Shown here one piece after another: positions 29,536-38,794 of a stretch of 64,000 bases of DNA (its first letter is position 1; the number at the start of each line of letters is the position of its first letter). Source of the DNA: a virus; IMG/VR virus record IMGVR_UViG_3300012949_000670. One strand, given 5' to 3'. A program made the position numbers and the translations under genes. The notes beneath the pieces are model-generated. The model did not search any database. It was not told where the DNA came from and worked only from the letters and a program-made list of their open reading frames with translations.

Positions 29536-30300
29536 ATGTGCCTAACTGTGTGTCGTGTGACCGAAACAGTTTATGATAACGACAGGACTCTCGTTTGCTC
29601 GACTTGTCCCTTTCGAGAACGAAGGGACAAGTCGCAGACTTGTTCGAACTGTAAAAACCTGCGGGTGGATGAAAATGGGCAAGAATATTGTCTTTTGACC
29701 AGCATGTCCCTGCCCAAAACCCGCTGGTGCTGTCATTGGAACGCCCCGGCGTCGCTTTCGTATTACCCTCATAACCTGAAACAGGTAGATGGAATTGTTT
29801 TGGTTGCGCTGGATGAAATTCAAGAAGCTATCCATGATTACCAACCTTGTTTGTCGCCGCAGGAAGATGAATTAAGCCTGGAAGAATTCTTTGACGAGGA
29901 CGATATTTTCTCCGCTTTTGATGCCGAAGAAGATGAAAACAACCCAATCGCTATAATAAATAATAACAATTTATCCGACCTCGAAGAAATCGCCCTGGAA
30001 GAATTGGCGAAAAAGGCAGATTATCGTCGGCTTACGCAAGAAGAAGCCCAAAACGGAGTTTATGTCCCAATTGCAGTGGGCGAACCGCTGGTGAAATATC
30101 ATCAGGGTGTTAAAGGCGTAATTCGGTGGTTTGAAGCCATTTTCGGTGGACGGGAAGATATTATGCTGGACTGGAAAGGGCGTTGGATTGTCAAGCCTCA
30201 CCGGTTCGCCGTTCCAGCAGTTTACGGGGTTGCATCCGAGAAATGGTCGGAACTGATTGAAGAAGATGTGACTGGTTTAATTCACGATTTGTTCAATTAG
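29536..30300 (+). CDS. Hypothetical protein with a Cys-rich (putative Zn-binding) N-terminus
   Basis: CSTC, CSNC, C...CCHW and an acidic middle. Confidence 0.6.
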   Translation: MCLTVCRVTETVYDNDRTLVCSTCPFRERRDKSQTCSNCKNLRVDENGQEYCLLTSMSLPKTRWCCHWNAPASLSYYPHNLKQVDGIVLVALDEIQEAIHDYQPCLSPQEDELSLEEFFDEDDIFSAFDAEEDENNPIAIINNNNLSDLEEIALEELAKKADYRRLTQEEAQNGVYVPIAVGEPLVKYHQGVKGVIRWFEAIFGGREDIMLDWKGRWIVKPHRFAVPAVYGVASEKWSELIEEDVTGLIHDLFN

Positions 30301-30343
30301 TATAAAAATTTTTGACTTTCATCGGCAAGGAGAAAACATCATC

Positions 30344-31027
30344 ATGTTACCCAGTTCAAAAAATGCGCGCCAGGTTGCTTTTTACCGGCTATTTATTGGC
30401 TGCAAAATTCAAGCAAACGCCCGTTTTTTTGATTACGCAACAAAGTTTTATTCAGACCTGAACACTGCCTTTTTTGAACAGGCACACCCGGATATTCACA
30501 TGGTGCGTTCGACACAGTGTTCGAAATGTCCTGCGAGTACGGGCTACAACGAGGGGTTAGGCATTGACTGCTGGTTCATGATGAACCTGCCTTTAGACGA
30601 AAAGTTCTACTACTTCGTCTATAACTCATTATATAAAAATATCCGCCTGAGGATGCGTGACCTGAGCATCAATATTGATTATGACGAAGCAATCGGTGAA
30701 ATTCTGCGCACAGAAAACGCTGTCATCGGCGGGCTGCATAATGGTTGGCTTGTTGACAGTGACATCTTGCGAAAGCGGATTGAACTAAATACTTCGCGCA
30801 ACACCTACAATGTATCCGTTGCTTCTGTACTCGGCTATATCCTGCGGGATGGCAGCACGATTACCCATATGGATTTTCTGGCGGAAGTCTTTAACCTCAA
30901 CTGGCTTGGAAAAGCGAAGGTTGACCCGGAATCTCCGGTGAACACCTATGCCATTATGTTTGATACTGCAAAACGCATAAAAACACCAATCAAATCAAAA
31001 GTGTATTCTGTGGAAAATGTAAACTAA
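30344..31027 (+). CDS. Hypothetical protein
   Basis: 227 aa, RBS AAGGAG, followed by a terminator. Confidence 0.6.
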   Translation: MLPSSKNARQVAFYRLFIGCKIQANARFFDYATKFYSDLNTAFFEQAHPDIHMVRSTQCSKCPASTGYNEGLGIDCWFMMNLPLDEKFYYFVYNSLYKNIRLRMRDLSINIDYDEAIGEILRTENAVIGGLHNGWLVDSDILRKRIELNTSRNTYNVSVASVLGYILRDGSTITHMDFLAEVFNLNWLGKAKVDPESPVNTYAIMFDTAKRIKTPIKSKVYSVENVN

Positions 31028-31033
31028 AAAAAG

Positions 31034-31063
31034 AAAAACGCCCCGGCAGGGGCGTTTTTGATT
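31034..31063. terminator. Intrinsic terminator
   Basis: AAAAACGCCCC-GGCA-GGGGCGTTTTT then GATT. Confidence 0.75.
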
Positions 31064-31067
31064 CTCA

Positions 31068-31077
31068 TTGCTATCAT
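31068..31077 (+). promoter_or_regulatory. TTGCTATCAT extended -10-like motif
   Basis: Exact copies at 31735, 34441 and 41648 (reverse strand), each 32-39 nt before a co-oriented start codon. Confidence 0.6.
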
Positions 31078-31112
31078 CTTTTTAGAAAACGATAAAAAAG
31101 GACGATAAGCAT

Positions 31113-31730
31113 ATGAAGAGTGGTGTAATTGCGGACGCCATCAAAATATTGACCGACCTCGGAATTACGAAGAAGAGAGCCATCTCCCTGGTTACGGCCA
31201 TGCTGGATGACCGGGTGGCATATCAGGATTTTATCAATGCCATGAACGTCGCGATGTCCAGCGGCTATTGTATGTGCGGCATGTTTTCGTTGGATGACAG
31301 AGAGAAGTACGGTGAGTATAACCTGTGCGAATACTGCCGGGAACCTAATCGGAGCGCTATTCTGCTAGTGCCTACGGTTCAGGTTATTACCGACAAGATA
31401 GAAATGATTCGCCCCGGCCAGTTTTGGTATCACGTTATCCCCCTGACAGATGCAGAAAGCACAAATGAAGCCATTCTGCGCTTGCTGACCAACATCGAAC
31501 ACAAGCTGGAACACGGCTTCCCTCCTATTCGTATTATCAACACAATGGGGAGTGATGCGCTGGCTCAGGCGGCTTTTCAAACGGCTGCCCAGTGGTTGAC
31601 CGAAGAAAAGGATTTGGTCAATCAGGGGTTGGTCAAGTTCTCTAATATGCGGGTTGGTATCCCTGCAAACACACCGATTGTCAAAGTCGGAGATGAAACA
31701 CTTAATCTCCTGCTCGGGCTGGACGATTAG
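31113..31730 (+). CDS. Hypothetical protein with a C4 Zn-finger-like motif
   Basis: CMCG...CEYC. Confidence 0.6.
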   Translation: MKSGVIADAIKILTDLGITKKRAISLVTAMLDDRVAYQDFINAMNVAMSSGYCMCGMFSLDDREKYGEYNLCEYCREPNRSAILLVPTVQVITDKIEMIRPGQFWYHVIPLTDAESTNEAILRLLTNIEHKLEHGFPPIRIINTMGSDALAQAAFQTAAQWLTEEKDLVNQGLVKFSNMRVGIPANTPIVKVGDETLNLLLGLDD

Positions 31731-31734
31731 GTCG

Positions 31735-31744
31735 TTGCTATCAT
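31735..31744 (+). promoter_or_regulatory. TTGCTATCAT motif upstream of ssb
   Basis: Exact copy 32 nt before the ATG at 31777. Confidence 0.6.
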
Positions 31745-31776
31745 ATTGATATACTCAATTAAGGAGACTTATTTTC

Positions 31777-32220
31777 ATGGCTATTACGATTGTTTCAGGT
31801 TTTGTTCACGAAATCCGGCAAGAAATGGACAGCAAGAATAATCCTCGCCTGTCTGTTTCAATGTATGAGAGAGTCAATGGCATCAACGGTGCAGGCACTT
31901 GCTGGTGGTATGTTCAGGTTTACGGCAACACAATGAAGGCGCTGCTCAGCCTGAAAGAGAAGATGGAAAAAGGACAAACGACCCGCAAGCCTCAGATTAT
32001 GGTGGTCGGTGATTTGCAGGTTAAGCCCATTCCTTCTCAGAACAACCAGTACAAGAACTACGCCCCGTATACTGCCAAGAATGGAGTGGGGGCGATTTCA
32101 GCATCGCGTGTTTCCATTCTAGATTGGGGCAGCGATTACAATGGCGGTCATGGCGGTGGCGGCAACCCAGGCGGTGATGCTGACTCGGTTGAACTCGGCG
32201 AAGACGACATCCCGTTCTAG
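31777..32220 (+). CDS. ssb: Single-stranded DNA-binding protein
   Basis: OB-fold pattern (WWYVQVYG...IMVVGDLQ), Gly-rich linker and C-terminal EDDIPF. Confidence 0.85.
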   Translation: MAITIVSGFVHEIRQEMDSKNNPRLSVSMYERVNGINGAGTCWWYVQVYGNTMKALLSLKEKMEKGQTTRKPQIMVVGDLQVKPIPSQNNQYKNYAPYTAKNGVGAISASRVSILDWGSDYNGGHGGGGNPGGDADSVELGEDDIPF

Positions 32221-32231
32221 TACGGGGAGGT

Positions 32232-32268
32232 AATGAAAAACAGCACTTTCATGGTGCTGTTTTTCATT
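32232..32268. terminator. Bidirectional-type terminator
   Basis: AATGAAAAACAGCAC / GTGCTGTTTTTCATT. Confidence 0.75.
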
Positions 32269-32379
32269 TAACCGACCAGCGGAGATAACCTTATAAAAAT
32301 TATACAAAGATTAGCAAATTGTTGATTGCTGGTTCTAAGCGTCTTATAAGCAGATTACTCATTTTTTGGAGGCGTTATT

Positions 32380-33201
32380 GTGAAACGAAATCCAGTACGG
32401 ATTATCAGCTCAGGAAAGGGTGGGGCTGGCAAAACCACGTTTGTAACCGCCCTGATGTGCGCTTTGCTGGAAAAGGGCAACCAACCAGATTCAAATGGCT
32501 ATAACTTTTTTGTTGTGGACGCTGACCCGGCAGAGACGCTGGCGAAGGCGCTCGGATGGGAAGATAAGGTTCCGGCGACCAGCATTGGGGAACTGAAAGA
32601 CAAACTCAGTGAAGCAGACATCCCCGAAAATGTGACCAAAACCAAATACGTATTGCAGAAGGTGATGTCCGATGCGGTCACAAAGGTTGAGGATGGCAAG
32701 AACAAAGTCCATTTCTCGGTTATGGGACATCACGAAGAAAATCACTGTCTGTGCGCCTTTAATACCGCCGTCAATGAAGTTCTGCTGGCACTTTACAACA
32801 GCGACGCCTTCGACTTCATTATCTCGGACAAGGAAGCCGGGATGGAACACATCAACCGGTCAGTGTATAGCGAGGACAAAGACATCCTGCTGGTGATGAC
32901 CTGGCCGCGCCCGGATTATCTGCGAGTTGCCAAAGAAATCCTGCATCTTGCAGACACGCTGGGTTCGACCAAAAACCGCATTATGGTGGTCAACAACGTT
33001 TTTGGCGCACCGCTGACTTACGAAAAGGTTGGCGAAATCCTGCGTTCTAACGACATCCCGGAAATTCCCTATTTTGTGTTCCCTTCGCTTGGAGATGTTT
33101 TTGAATGCCCGATTCGTGAAGCCATCCGTGAAAACGAAGACGCACAAAAAGTATTGGCAGAAGTCATTGACTACATCGAAGGTGTCCGGGCAAAGCAATA
33201 A
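32380..33201 (+). CDS. cooC: CooC/AcsF-like P-loop ATPase
   Basis: SGKGGAGKTT, VDADP...LAKALG, CxC (HCLC), DKEAGMEHINR. Confidence 0.75.
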   Translation: MKRNPVRIISSGKGGAGKTTFVTALMCALLEKGNQPDSNGYNFFVVDADPAETLAKALGWEDKVPATSIGELKDKLSEADIPENVTKTKYVLQKVMSDAVTKVEDGKNKVHFSVMGHHEENHCLCAFNTAVNEVLLALYNSDAFDFIISDKEAGMEHINRSVYSEDKDILLVMTWPRPDYLRVAKEILHLADTLGSTKNRIMVVNNVFGAPLTYEKVGEILRSNDIPEIPYFVFPSLGDVFECPIREAIRENEDAQKVLAEVIDYIEGVRAKQ

Positions 33202-33222
33202 ATATAATTAGTATAAAACGAT

Positions 33223-34410
33223 ATGAAAGCGGTTCTCGAATGGATGCGAAAGAATAAAAGGTATTTCGGGGCAAGCCTGTTGATAGGCTTGCCCTTATTC
33301 GCCGTTCTTACGTTTTTTGGGTTGGCGGTTTTTGATAAAGACAAACTCCCGCCCATTCAATTGCAGCTCCAGCTTCCAGAAATTCAACTTCCAAAAATTC
33401 AGCCGCAGCTTGTGCTGGCGTCTGGAACTGATGAACTGACATTTGAGACGCTAAGTGCAGCCACCAGTCTGGATGCTGCCGAAGCCGAAACTGTTCCGCC
33501 GACCGCCAATACCCTTTTTTCTCTTACAAGTGGTGAACCGTCAACGTCGCCGGGGGATTTCCTGTTGTTTTTCAATCCCCTGTTGGATTACTTGAAAAAA
33601 CAGGGGAATGTTCCTTACGAACTCTATATCGTACAACCGGGTGACACGCTGTATTCTATCGCCAGCCTGTATGGGTTGGACGTGAATACCCTGTATTGGA
33701 ATAATCCAGGGGTCAACGCAAAGCCAGAAGTCAATACGGCAATTCTGATTCCACCGGCAGACGGCTTTTACTATGTCGTTTCGCCGGGAGAAAAACTCGA
33801 TGCACTGGCGAAAAAATATGCGGTCAACAGCGGTACGCTGTTCAACTGGAACGGGTTTTTGACATCCAATACGGTGGCGGCCGAGACAATAGTTTTCCTT
33901 CCGGGGGCGAAACGGGTTGTCACCGAGATGGCATCCGAACAGCCAGAAGGATTCCAATCCTTCAAAAACGCTTACACCTGTCCAATCGGTCTGACCAATG
34001 TCGGTACAGGTACGTTCATGTGGCCGCTTGAAAATGTTTTTGAATCGGGATACCCGTATGACGAACAGCACAAGGGGCTGGACTTAGGGTTGTATACTGG
34101 GCAGCCTGTGTATGCTTCAGATAGGGGCGTGGTGGTTTTTGCTGGCGAAAGCAATGTCGGTTATGGCAACCTGGTCATTATTGACCACTACAATGGATAC
34201 CTGACTTACTACGCTCACCTGAGTGAGTTCAAAGTCACCTGTGGGCAGCCGGTGGCACAGGGAGACATTATCGGTTTGGGCGGTTCTACCGGAAACTCAT
34301 CCGGCCCTCACCTGCATTTTGAAATTCGCAAAGGACTGTATTCGTCCATCAACCCATACACACTTGTCAAATTCGGGCCAGAGGAGTTTTTCCTCTTGCC
34401 CCGCGAATAG
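33223..34410 (+). CDS. LysM-LysM-M23 peptidoglycan endopeptidase
   Basis: TM anchor. YIVQPGDTLYSIA and YVVSPGEKL LysM repeats. HKGLDL, YAHLS, GSTGNSSGPHLHFE. Confidence 0.9.
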   Translation: MKAVLEWMRKNKRYFGASLLIGLPLFAVLTFFGLAVFDKDKLPPIQLQLQLPEIQLPKIQPQLVLASGTDELTFETLSAATSLDAAEAETVPPTANTLFSLTSGEPSTSPGDFLLFFNPLLDYLKKQGNVPYELYIVQPGDTLYSIASLYGLDVNTLYWNNPGVNAKPEVNTAILIPPADGFYYVVSPGEKLDALAKKYAVNSGTLFNWNGFLTSNTVAAETIVFLPGAKRVVTEMASEQPEGFQSFKNAYTCPIGLTNVGTGTFMWPLENVFESGYPYDEQHKGLDLGLYTGQPVYASDRGVVVFAGESNVGYGNLVIIDHYNGYLTYYAHLSEFKVTCGQPVAQGDIIGLGGSTGNSSGPHLHFEIRKGLYSSINPYTLVKFGPEEFFLLPRE

Positions 34411-34440
34411 CCAAAAAATCAGACGTTCTAGTCATCCCAA

Positions 34441-34450
34441 TTGCTATCAT
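34441..34450 (+). promoter_or_regulatory. TTGCTATCAT motif inside a hairpin (34434-34468), upstream of the hypothetical gene and dnaE
   Basis: Exact copy 39 nt before the ATG at 34490. Confidence 0.55.
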
Positions 34451-34489
34451 AAATATAGCAGTTGGGATTATTTTTTAGAAAAGGGAATT

Positions 34490-34987
34490 ATGGTGAAAAA
34501 CAGAAAGAAAGATTGGGTACTGGCTTTACGTATACAGGAACAGAAAAAGGAAGTCGCACGAAAAACTGAAAATTTTTCGTGGTTCTTTTTATTGCATCCT
34601 GAAACCAACGGTGAAGCTAACCTGACGATTGCTCGCACTCGTATTGGTTTTAACGCCGACACGTTTCCCTATTACACGTGGCAAAAGTGCGAGTTCAAAT
34701 ACAACCCGCAGAGTTTCGAATATACCCTAACCAACGCGGGTGGGGTTCAATTTACAGAACTGGATAACGAAGCGGTTTTGGCTTTTTATGCGATGGACAT
34801 GCACATCGGCATGGATGTTTTGGGAAAAATCAAGTTCTACAATGATTTATTGAAAAATCTCCCCAAAAACGTATTCATCCCTGCCGCCCCATTTGTCGCG
34901 GTGGCGTATGGTTACTTGAAGGAACACAAAACCATCCCACAGTTTTCCGCTGACGAATGGAATGAAATTTTGCAGAATATCATTTAA
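34490..34987 (+). CDS. Hypothetical protein
   Basis: Start moved to MVKNRKK (RBS AAGGGA). Ends 12 nt before dnaE. Confidence 0.65.
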   Translation: MVKNRKKDWVLALRIQEQKKEVARKTENFSWFFLLHPETNGEANLTIARTRIGFNADTFPYYTWQKCEFKYNPQSFEYTLTNAGGVQFTELDNEAVLAFYAMDMHIGMDVLGKIKFYNDLLKNLPKNVFIPAAPFVAVAYGYLKEHKTIPQFSADEWNEILQNII

Positions 34988-34999
34988 ACGGAGCGGTGA

Positions 35000-37900
35000 A
35001 TGTGCGATATTTGCATTAAGGAGCATGTACAACTCCACAACCATACTGATAAATCAAATCTTGACGGTGTCCCTCCGGTAGAAAAGCTGGTCGAGTACGC
35101 TAAGGAAATGGGCGCAGTTGCCGTTGGCGTCACCGAACACGGCAATACCCTTTCCATGTATCCCTTCCTCGATGCCTGCAAACGGATTGGCGGTATCAAT
35201 CCGGTCATTGGCGTTGAGGCTTATATGATTTATGGCCCGTCCTATTTGAAAAAGTCTAAGTCTACCATTTTCACCCCAGACGAAATTGTGTCTGACCCGC
35301 TGTATGAAGAAATCTACGGGAAACTTCCACTGAACGGGATGAAGATGCACAATCACGTTCTCCTGCTGGCGCTGAACCAGAAAGGTGTGGAGAACATTAA
35401 CAAGATTGTGACGTTCTCGCACCGGCACTTTTATAGCAAACCGTCTCTGACTCACGCGTTTTTGCGCGACCACTCGGACGGCATTTTAGCAAGTTCTGGC
35501 TGTCTGGCAGCGGAAATCCCAACTCTGCTTAAGTTGGGCTATAAAGATGAAGCGGAACAGGTGTTGCAGTGGTATTTGAACATCTTCAAAGACCGATTCT
35601 TTATCGAGTTCCAGCGTCACGACATCCCGGAACTGGACGATACTGTCAACAATGGTCTTTTGGAGCTGGTCAAAAAGTATAAGGTGCCGGTAATCGCCAC
35701 AAACGATATTCACTATCTGCGCCCGGAAGATGAAGAAATCCAGCGCCTTCTGTTGAAAATTGCGACTGGCAACCGCAAGCAGAAGGAAAACGAGATTGAC
35801 GATTCTGGGGATGCAATGGTTTTCAACGGGAGTGGCTACCACTACGCCTCGCCAGACGAGATGTTCGAGAAGATGAGCGTTTATGGTGAGGATATTGCGA
35901 AGGACATGCTGAATAATACCGTTGCCATCGGCAAGGATGCAAAATATAACCCGATGGTCGGTGTTGGTTTCCACATGCCAAAGACGCACCCTGAATTGAC
36001 CGATGAACAGCTCAACGAAAAGTTCCGTGAACTGGTCTACAAGGGCGCAAAAGAACGCTACGGCGACCCGCTCCCGCAGGAAGTAATTGACCGCATTGAA
36101 TACGAGCTGGAAGTCATCATCGGCAAGAACCTGGTCGGTTACTTCATGATTCTGATTGACCTGATTGATTTCGCCAGAAAGAAGGGACGCATCTGGAATA
36201 TTCGTGGTAGCGGTGCGGGCTGCTGCTGTTTGTACTGTCTGCAAATCAGTCATACAGACCCCATCCGTCACAACCTGCTGTTCGAGCGTTTCCTGAACCC
36301 GGCGCGTGTCAATATGCCAGATGTCGATATTGACATCCCCGATACCTTCCGTGAACCGCTGGCGAAGTACCTGCAACAGCGTTACGGTGTGGATAAGGTC
36401 GCCCGGATTATGGCTTACGGCAAAATTAAGCTGAAGCTGGCTATCCAGGTCTCTGCCCGTATGTATGGTTTGAATCCGCAGGACGTGATTGCCCTGAGTA
36501 AGGCTGTCCCGAACCACTACAGCACAGTTGAAGAACTGGAAGAAGACCAGAACTTCATGCATCTGGCGATGCAGTTCAAGGACTATAAGGCTATTTTGGA
36601 TACTGCCCGCAAGGTCGTGAACCGGGAAAAAACACTTAGTATGCACCCGGCCGGCGTGCTGATTTTCGATAAGAGCCTGGACGAATACACCGGGCTGCAC
36701 CGCCTGACCAAAGTTGACAATTCAGAAGGCGATGACAGCGACAGCGATGATGCTGGCAGCTTTGCATCCCTGCTCCCGGCGCAGATGGATATGGGGGCGG
36801 CGGAAATGGGCGGCTTCGTGAAGTTCGACTTTTTGGGCGTCCGAAACCTTACCATCATCGAAGAAACGCTTCGCTATATCAAGCAGTTGACCGGGAAAGA
36901 AATCTCCTGGTACAGCATTCCAACCGAATATAGCGATGCCTACCAGGTCTATTGGAAGGGTGATAACATCGGCATTTTCCAGGTCAGTTCCGACCCGATG
37001 CGGGACGTGTTCAAACGGCTACAGCCGACCAACCTTGACCACATCACTGCTGTTATTTCGCTGTACCGCCCTGGCCCGATGCAGTACATCGATGACTATA
37101 TCGCCATGCACAAGGGCGAGGAAGAAGTCAACTACCCGTCAAAGGTTCTAGAGCCTATCCTGAAAGAGACTTACGGCATCATGGTCTATCAGGAACAGAT
37201 TATTCAGGTTCTCAAGCTGGCGGGTTTCTCCGGTGGTGACGCTGACCTTATCCGGCGCGCTATCTCGAAAAAAAAGCTGAAGGAAATCGTCAAGCACAAA
37301 GAAGAATTTATTCAGGGCATGATGCAGAAGTATCAGATGCCTGCTGCTGAGTGCGAACAGATTTGGGCAGACATCGAGAAGTTCGCCGGTTATGGTTTCA
37401 ACAAGTCTCATGCCAGCAGTTATGCCGAGGTTTCGACCCGCACAGCGTGGCTGAAAACTCATTACCGGCTTGCCTACCTTCTGGCGTCTCTGAACGTGGA
37501 AATTAAGCATAACGACAAGGTGCTGACTTATGTTGGGGATGCCCGCAAGTCTGGTATCAAAATCCTGCCCCCGGATGTGAATAAGAGTGAAGAACTGTTC
37601 ACGGTGGAAGGCAACAACATCCGTTACGGTCTTGCAGCCATCAAGCACGTGGCTACGGACAGTCTGGCGGCGCTGGTTGCCGAGCGCAAGGCAAACGGCA
37701 ACTTCAAGAGTATTGAAGATTTGCTGAACCGGGTGAACATTAATACTTCAACATTTGCGGCGCTTCTCCTGTCTGGGGCGCTTGACAGCATCATCCTTGC
37801 GGGCAAAGAAGGCGAAATCGTCAATCCTCGCTTGGATGGCTACAATCAGGTGCCAAAGAAGTTCCAGTGTTCTATCCGTAACCTTGCCGGGTTTGAAAAG

Positions 37901-38446
37901 AAAGGTCGAAAGAAAGAGAACGATGTAGAAGTTGTGACCGATGACCTGGCAATTGAAGGGATTGAGTCTGAAGAACCAGCGCCGAAAAAGAAGAAGGCAA
38001 AGAAGGAAGAAGAACCCATCCCTGTGCCGCAGAATTTTGCAGACTGGCTGAGGGGCGAGGCTAACGTCATCGGCGGCATTTTCGTCTCAACGCATCCGAT
38101 TCTGCTGTACCTGAAGGGGCGCAAACTTTCGCAGTGCTTCAACGTAGACAAGCCAGTTATCTTTGCGGATGCTCTGGAAAAAATGCCCGTGAATACAGAG
38201 TGCTACGTACTTGGTATTATTGAGGACATCTATCATAAGCTGGACAAAAACTGGCTATGGGTGTCGGTTATCGGTTTCAATAAACCATCCTACCGGCTGG
38301 CAGCTTTCCAGAACGTCAACAAACTGCTTCCACTCGCCAATGTGGACTACCTGTGTCTGTTCCGGGTGTCCCGGGGGAACAAGGGTTTCACGGTGAGCGA
38401 AATTCGCTCCATCGGAAACATTTATTCTTCGACCACCTACATCTAA
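35000..38446 (+). CDS. dnaE: DNA polymerase III alpha subunit
   Basis: PHP domain LHNHT...TEHG...GVEAY...NDIHY. RGSGAG, FERFLNP, PDVDID, SMHPAG, KFDFLG, YQEQI, YGFNKSH. Confidence 0.95.
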   Translation: MCDICIKEHVQLHNHTDKSNLDGVPPVEKLVEYAKEMGAVAVGVTEHGNTLSMYPFLDACKRIGGINPVIGVEAYMIYGPSYLKKSKSTIFTPDEIVSDPLYEEIYGKLPLNGMKMHNHVLLLALNQKGVENINKIVTFSHRHFYSKPSLTHAFLRDHSDGILASSGCLAAEIPTLLKLGYKDEAEQVLQWYLNIFKDRFFIEFQRHDIPELDDTVNNGLLELVKKYKVPVIATNDIHYLRPEDEEIQRLLLKIATGNRKQKENEIDDSGDAMVFNGSGYHYASPDEMFEKMSVYGEDIAKDMLNNTVAIGKDAKYNPMVGVGFHMPKTHPELTDEQLNEKFRELVYKGAKERYGDPLPQEVIDRIEYELEVIIGKNLVGYFMILIDLIDFARKKGRIWNIRGSGAGCCCLYCLQISHTDPIRHNLLFERFLNPARVNMPDVDIDIPDTFREPLAKYLQQRYGVDKVARIMAYGKIKLKLAIQVSARMYGLNPQDVIALSKAVPNHYSTVEELEEDQNFMHLAMQFKDYKAILDTARKVVNREKTLSMHPAGVLIFDKSLDEYTGLHRLTKVDNSEGDDSDSDDAGSFASLLPAQMDMGAAEMGGFVKFDFLGVRNLTIIEETLRYIKQLTGKEISWYSIPTEYSDAYQVYWKGDNIGIFQVSSDPMRDVFKRLQPTNLDHITAVISLYRPGPMQYIDDYIAMHKGEEEVNYPSKVLEPILKETYGIMVYQEQIIQVLKLAGFSGGDADLIRRAISKKKLKEIVKHKEEFIQGMMQKYQMPAAECEQIWADIEKFAGYGFNKSHASSYAEVSTRTAWLKTHYRLAYLLASLNVEIKHNDKVLTYVGDARKSGIKILPPDVNKSEELFTVEGNNIRYGLAAIKHVATDSLAALVAERKANGNFKSIEDLLNRVNINTSTFAALLLSGALDSIILAGKEGEIVNPRLDGYNQVPKKFQCSIRNLAGFEKKGRKKENDVEVVTDDLAIEGIESEEPAPKKKKAKKEEEPIPVPQNFADWLRGEANVIGGIFVSTHPILLYLKGRKLSQCFNVDKPVIFADALEKMPVNTECYVLGIIEDIYHKLDKNWLWVSVIGFNKPSYRLAAFQNVNKLLPLANVDYLCLFRVSRGNKGFTVSEIRSIGNIYSSTTYI

Positions 38447-38460
38447 AATGACGGTAGCAA

Positions 38461-38502
38461 AAATCAAAAACCGGGGCGACATCCACACCCGGTTTTTGAT
38501 TT
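38461..38502. terminator. Bidirectional terminator between dnaE and rpsU
   Basis: AAATCAAAAACCGGG / CCCGGTTTTTGATTT. Confidence 0.8.
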
Positions 38503-38558
38503 CGAAGTCTCGATGCAGGATTCAAAAAACGGCTGTGGGCAGCCATTTTTTTGAATGA

Positions 38559-38738
38559 TTATTTGCGAGCCTTTTTGCTTTTGCGCCGCTGAATTCTCAG
38601 CCGGCGTTGTTCACTTTCGGAAACGAACCACCGTTTTTTCTTGACTTCCTGAAGGATATTACTTTTTGCAACCTGCTTCTTGAACCGCTTGTACAGGGAC
38701 TCGAACCCCTCTCCGTTTTTCCGCACGACTTTTATCAT
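38559..38738 (-). CDS. rpsU: 30S ribosomal protein S21
   Basis: MIKVVRKNGEGFESLYKRFKKQVAKSNILQEVKKKRWFVSESEQRR. RBS AAGGAG before the ATG at 38738. Confidence 0.9.
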   Translation of the reverse strand: MIKVVRKNGEGFESLYKRFKKQVAKSNILQEVKKKRWFVSESEQRRLRIQRRKSKKARK

Positions 38739-38794
38739 CCAGTTTACTCCTTGAGAACAAAACAAAATTTCCCTCCTTTAAGATTAGATGCAAT

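Noticed and set aside
35000-38446. Intein or intron in dnaE
   Set aside because: Core motifs are collinear and the length is normal. There are only short acidic or basic insertions, with no splice-junction motifs.
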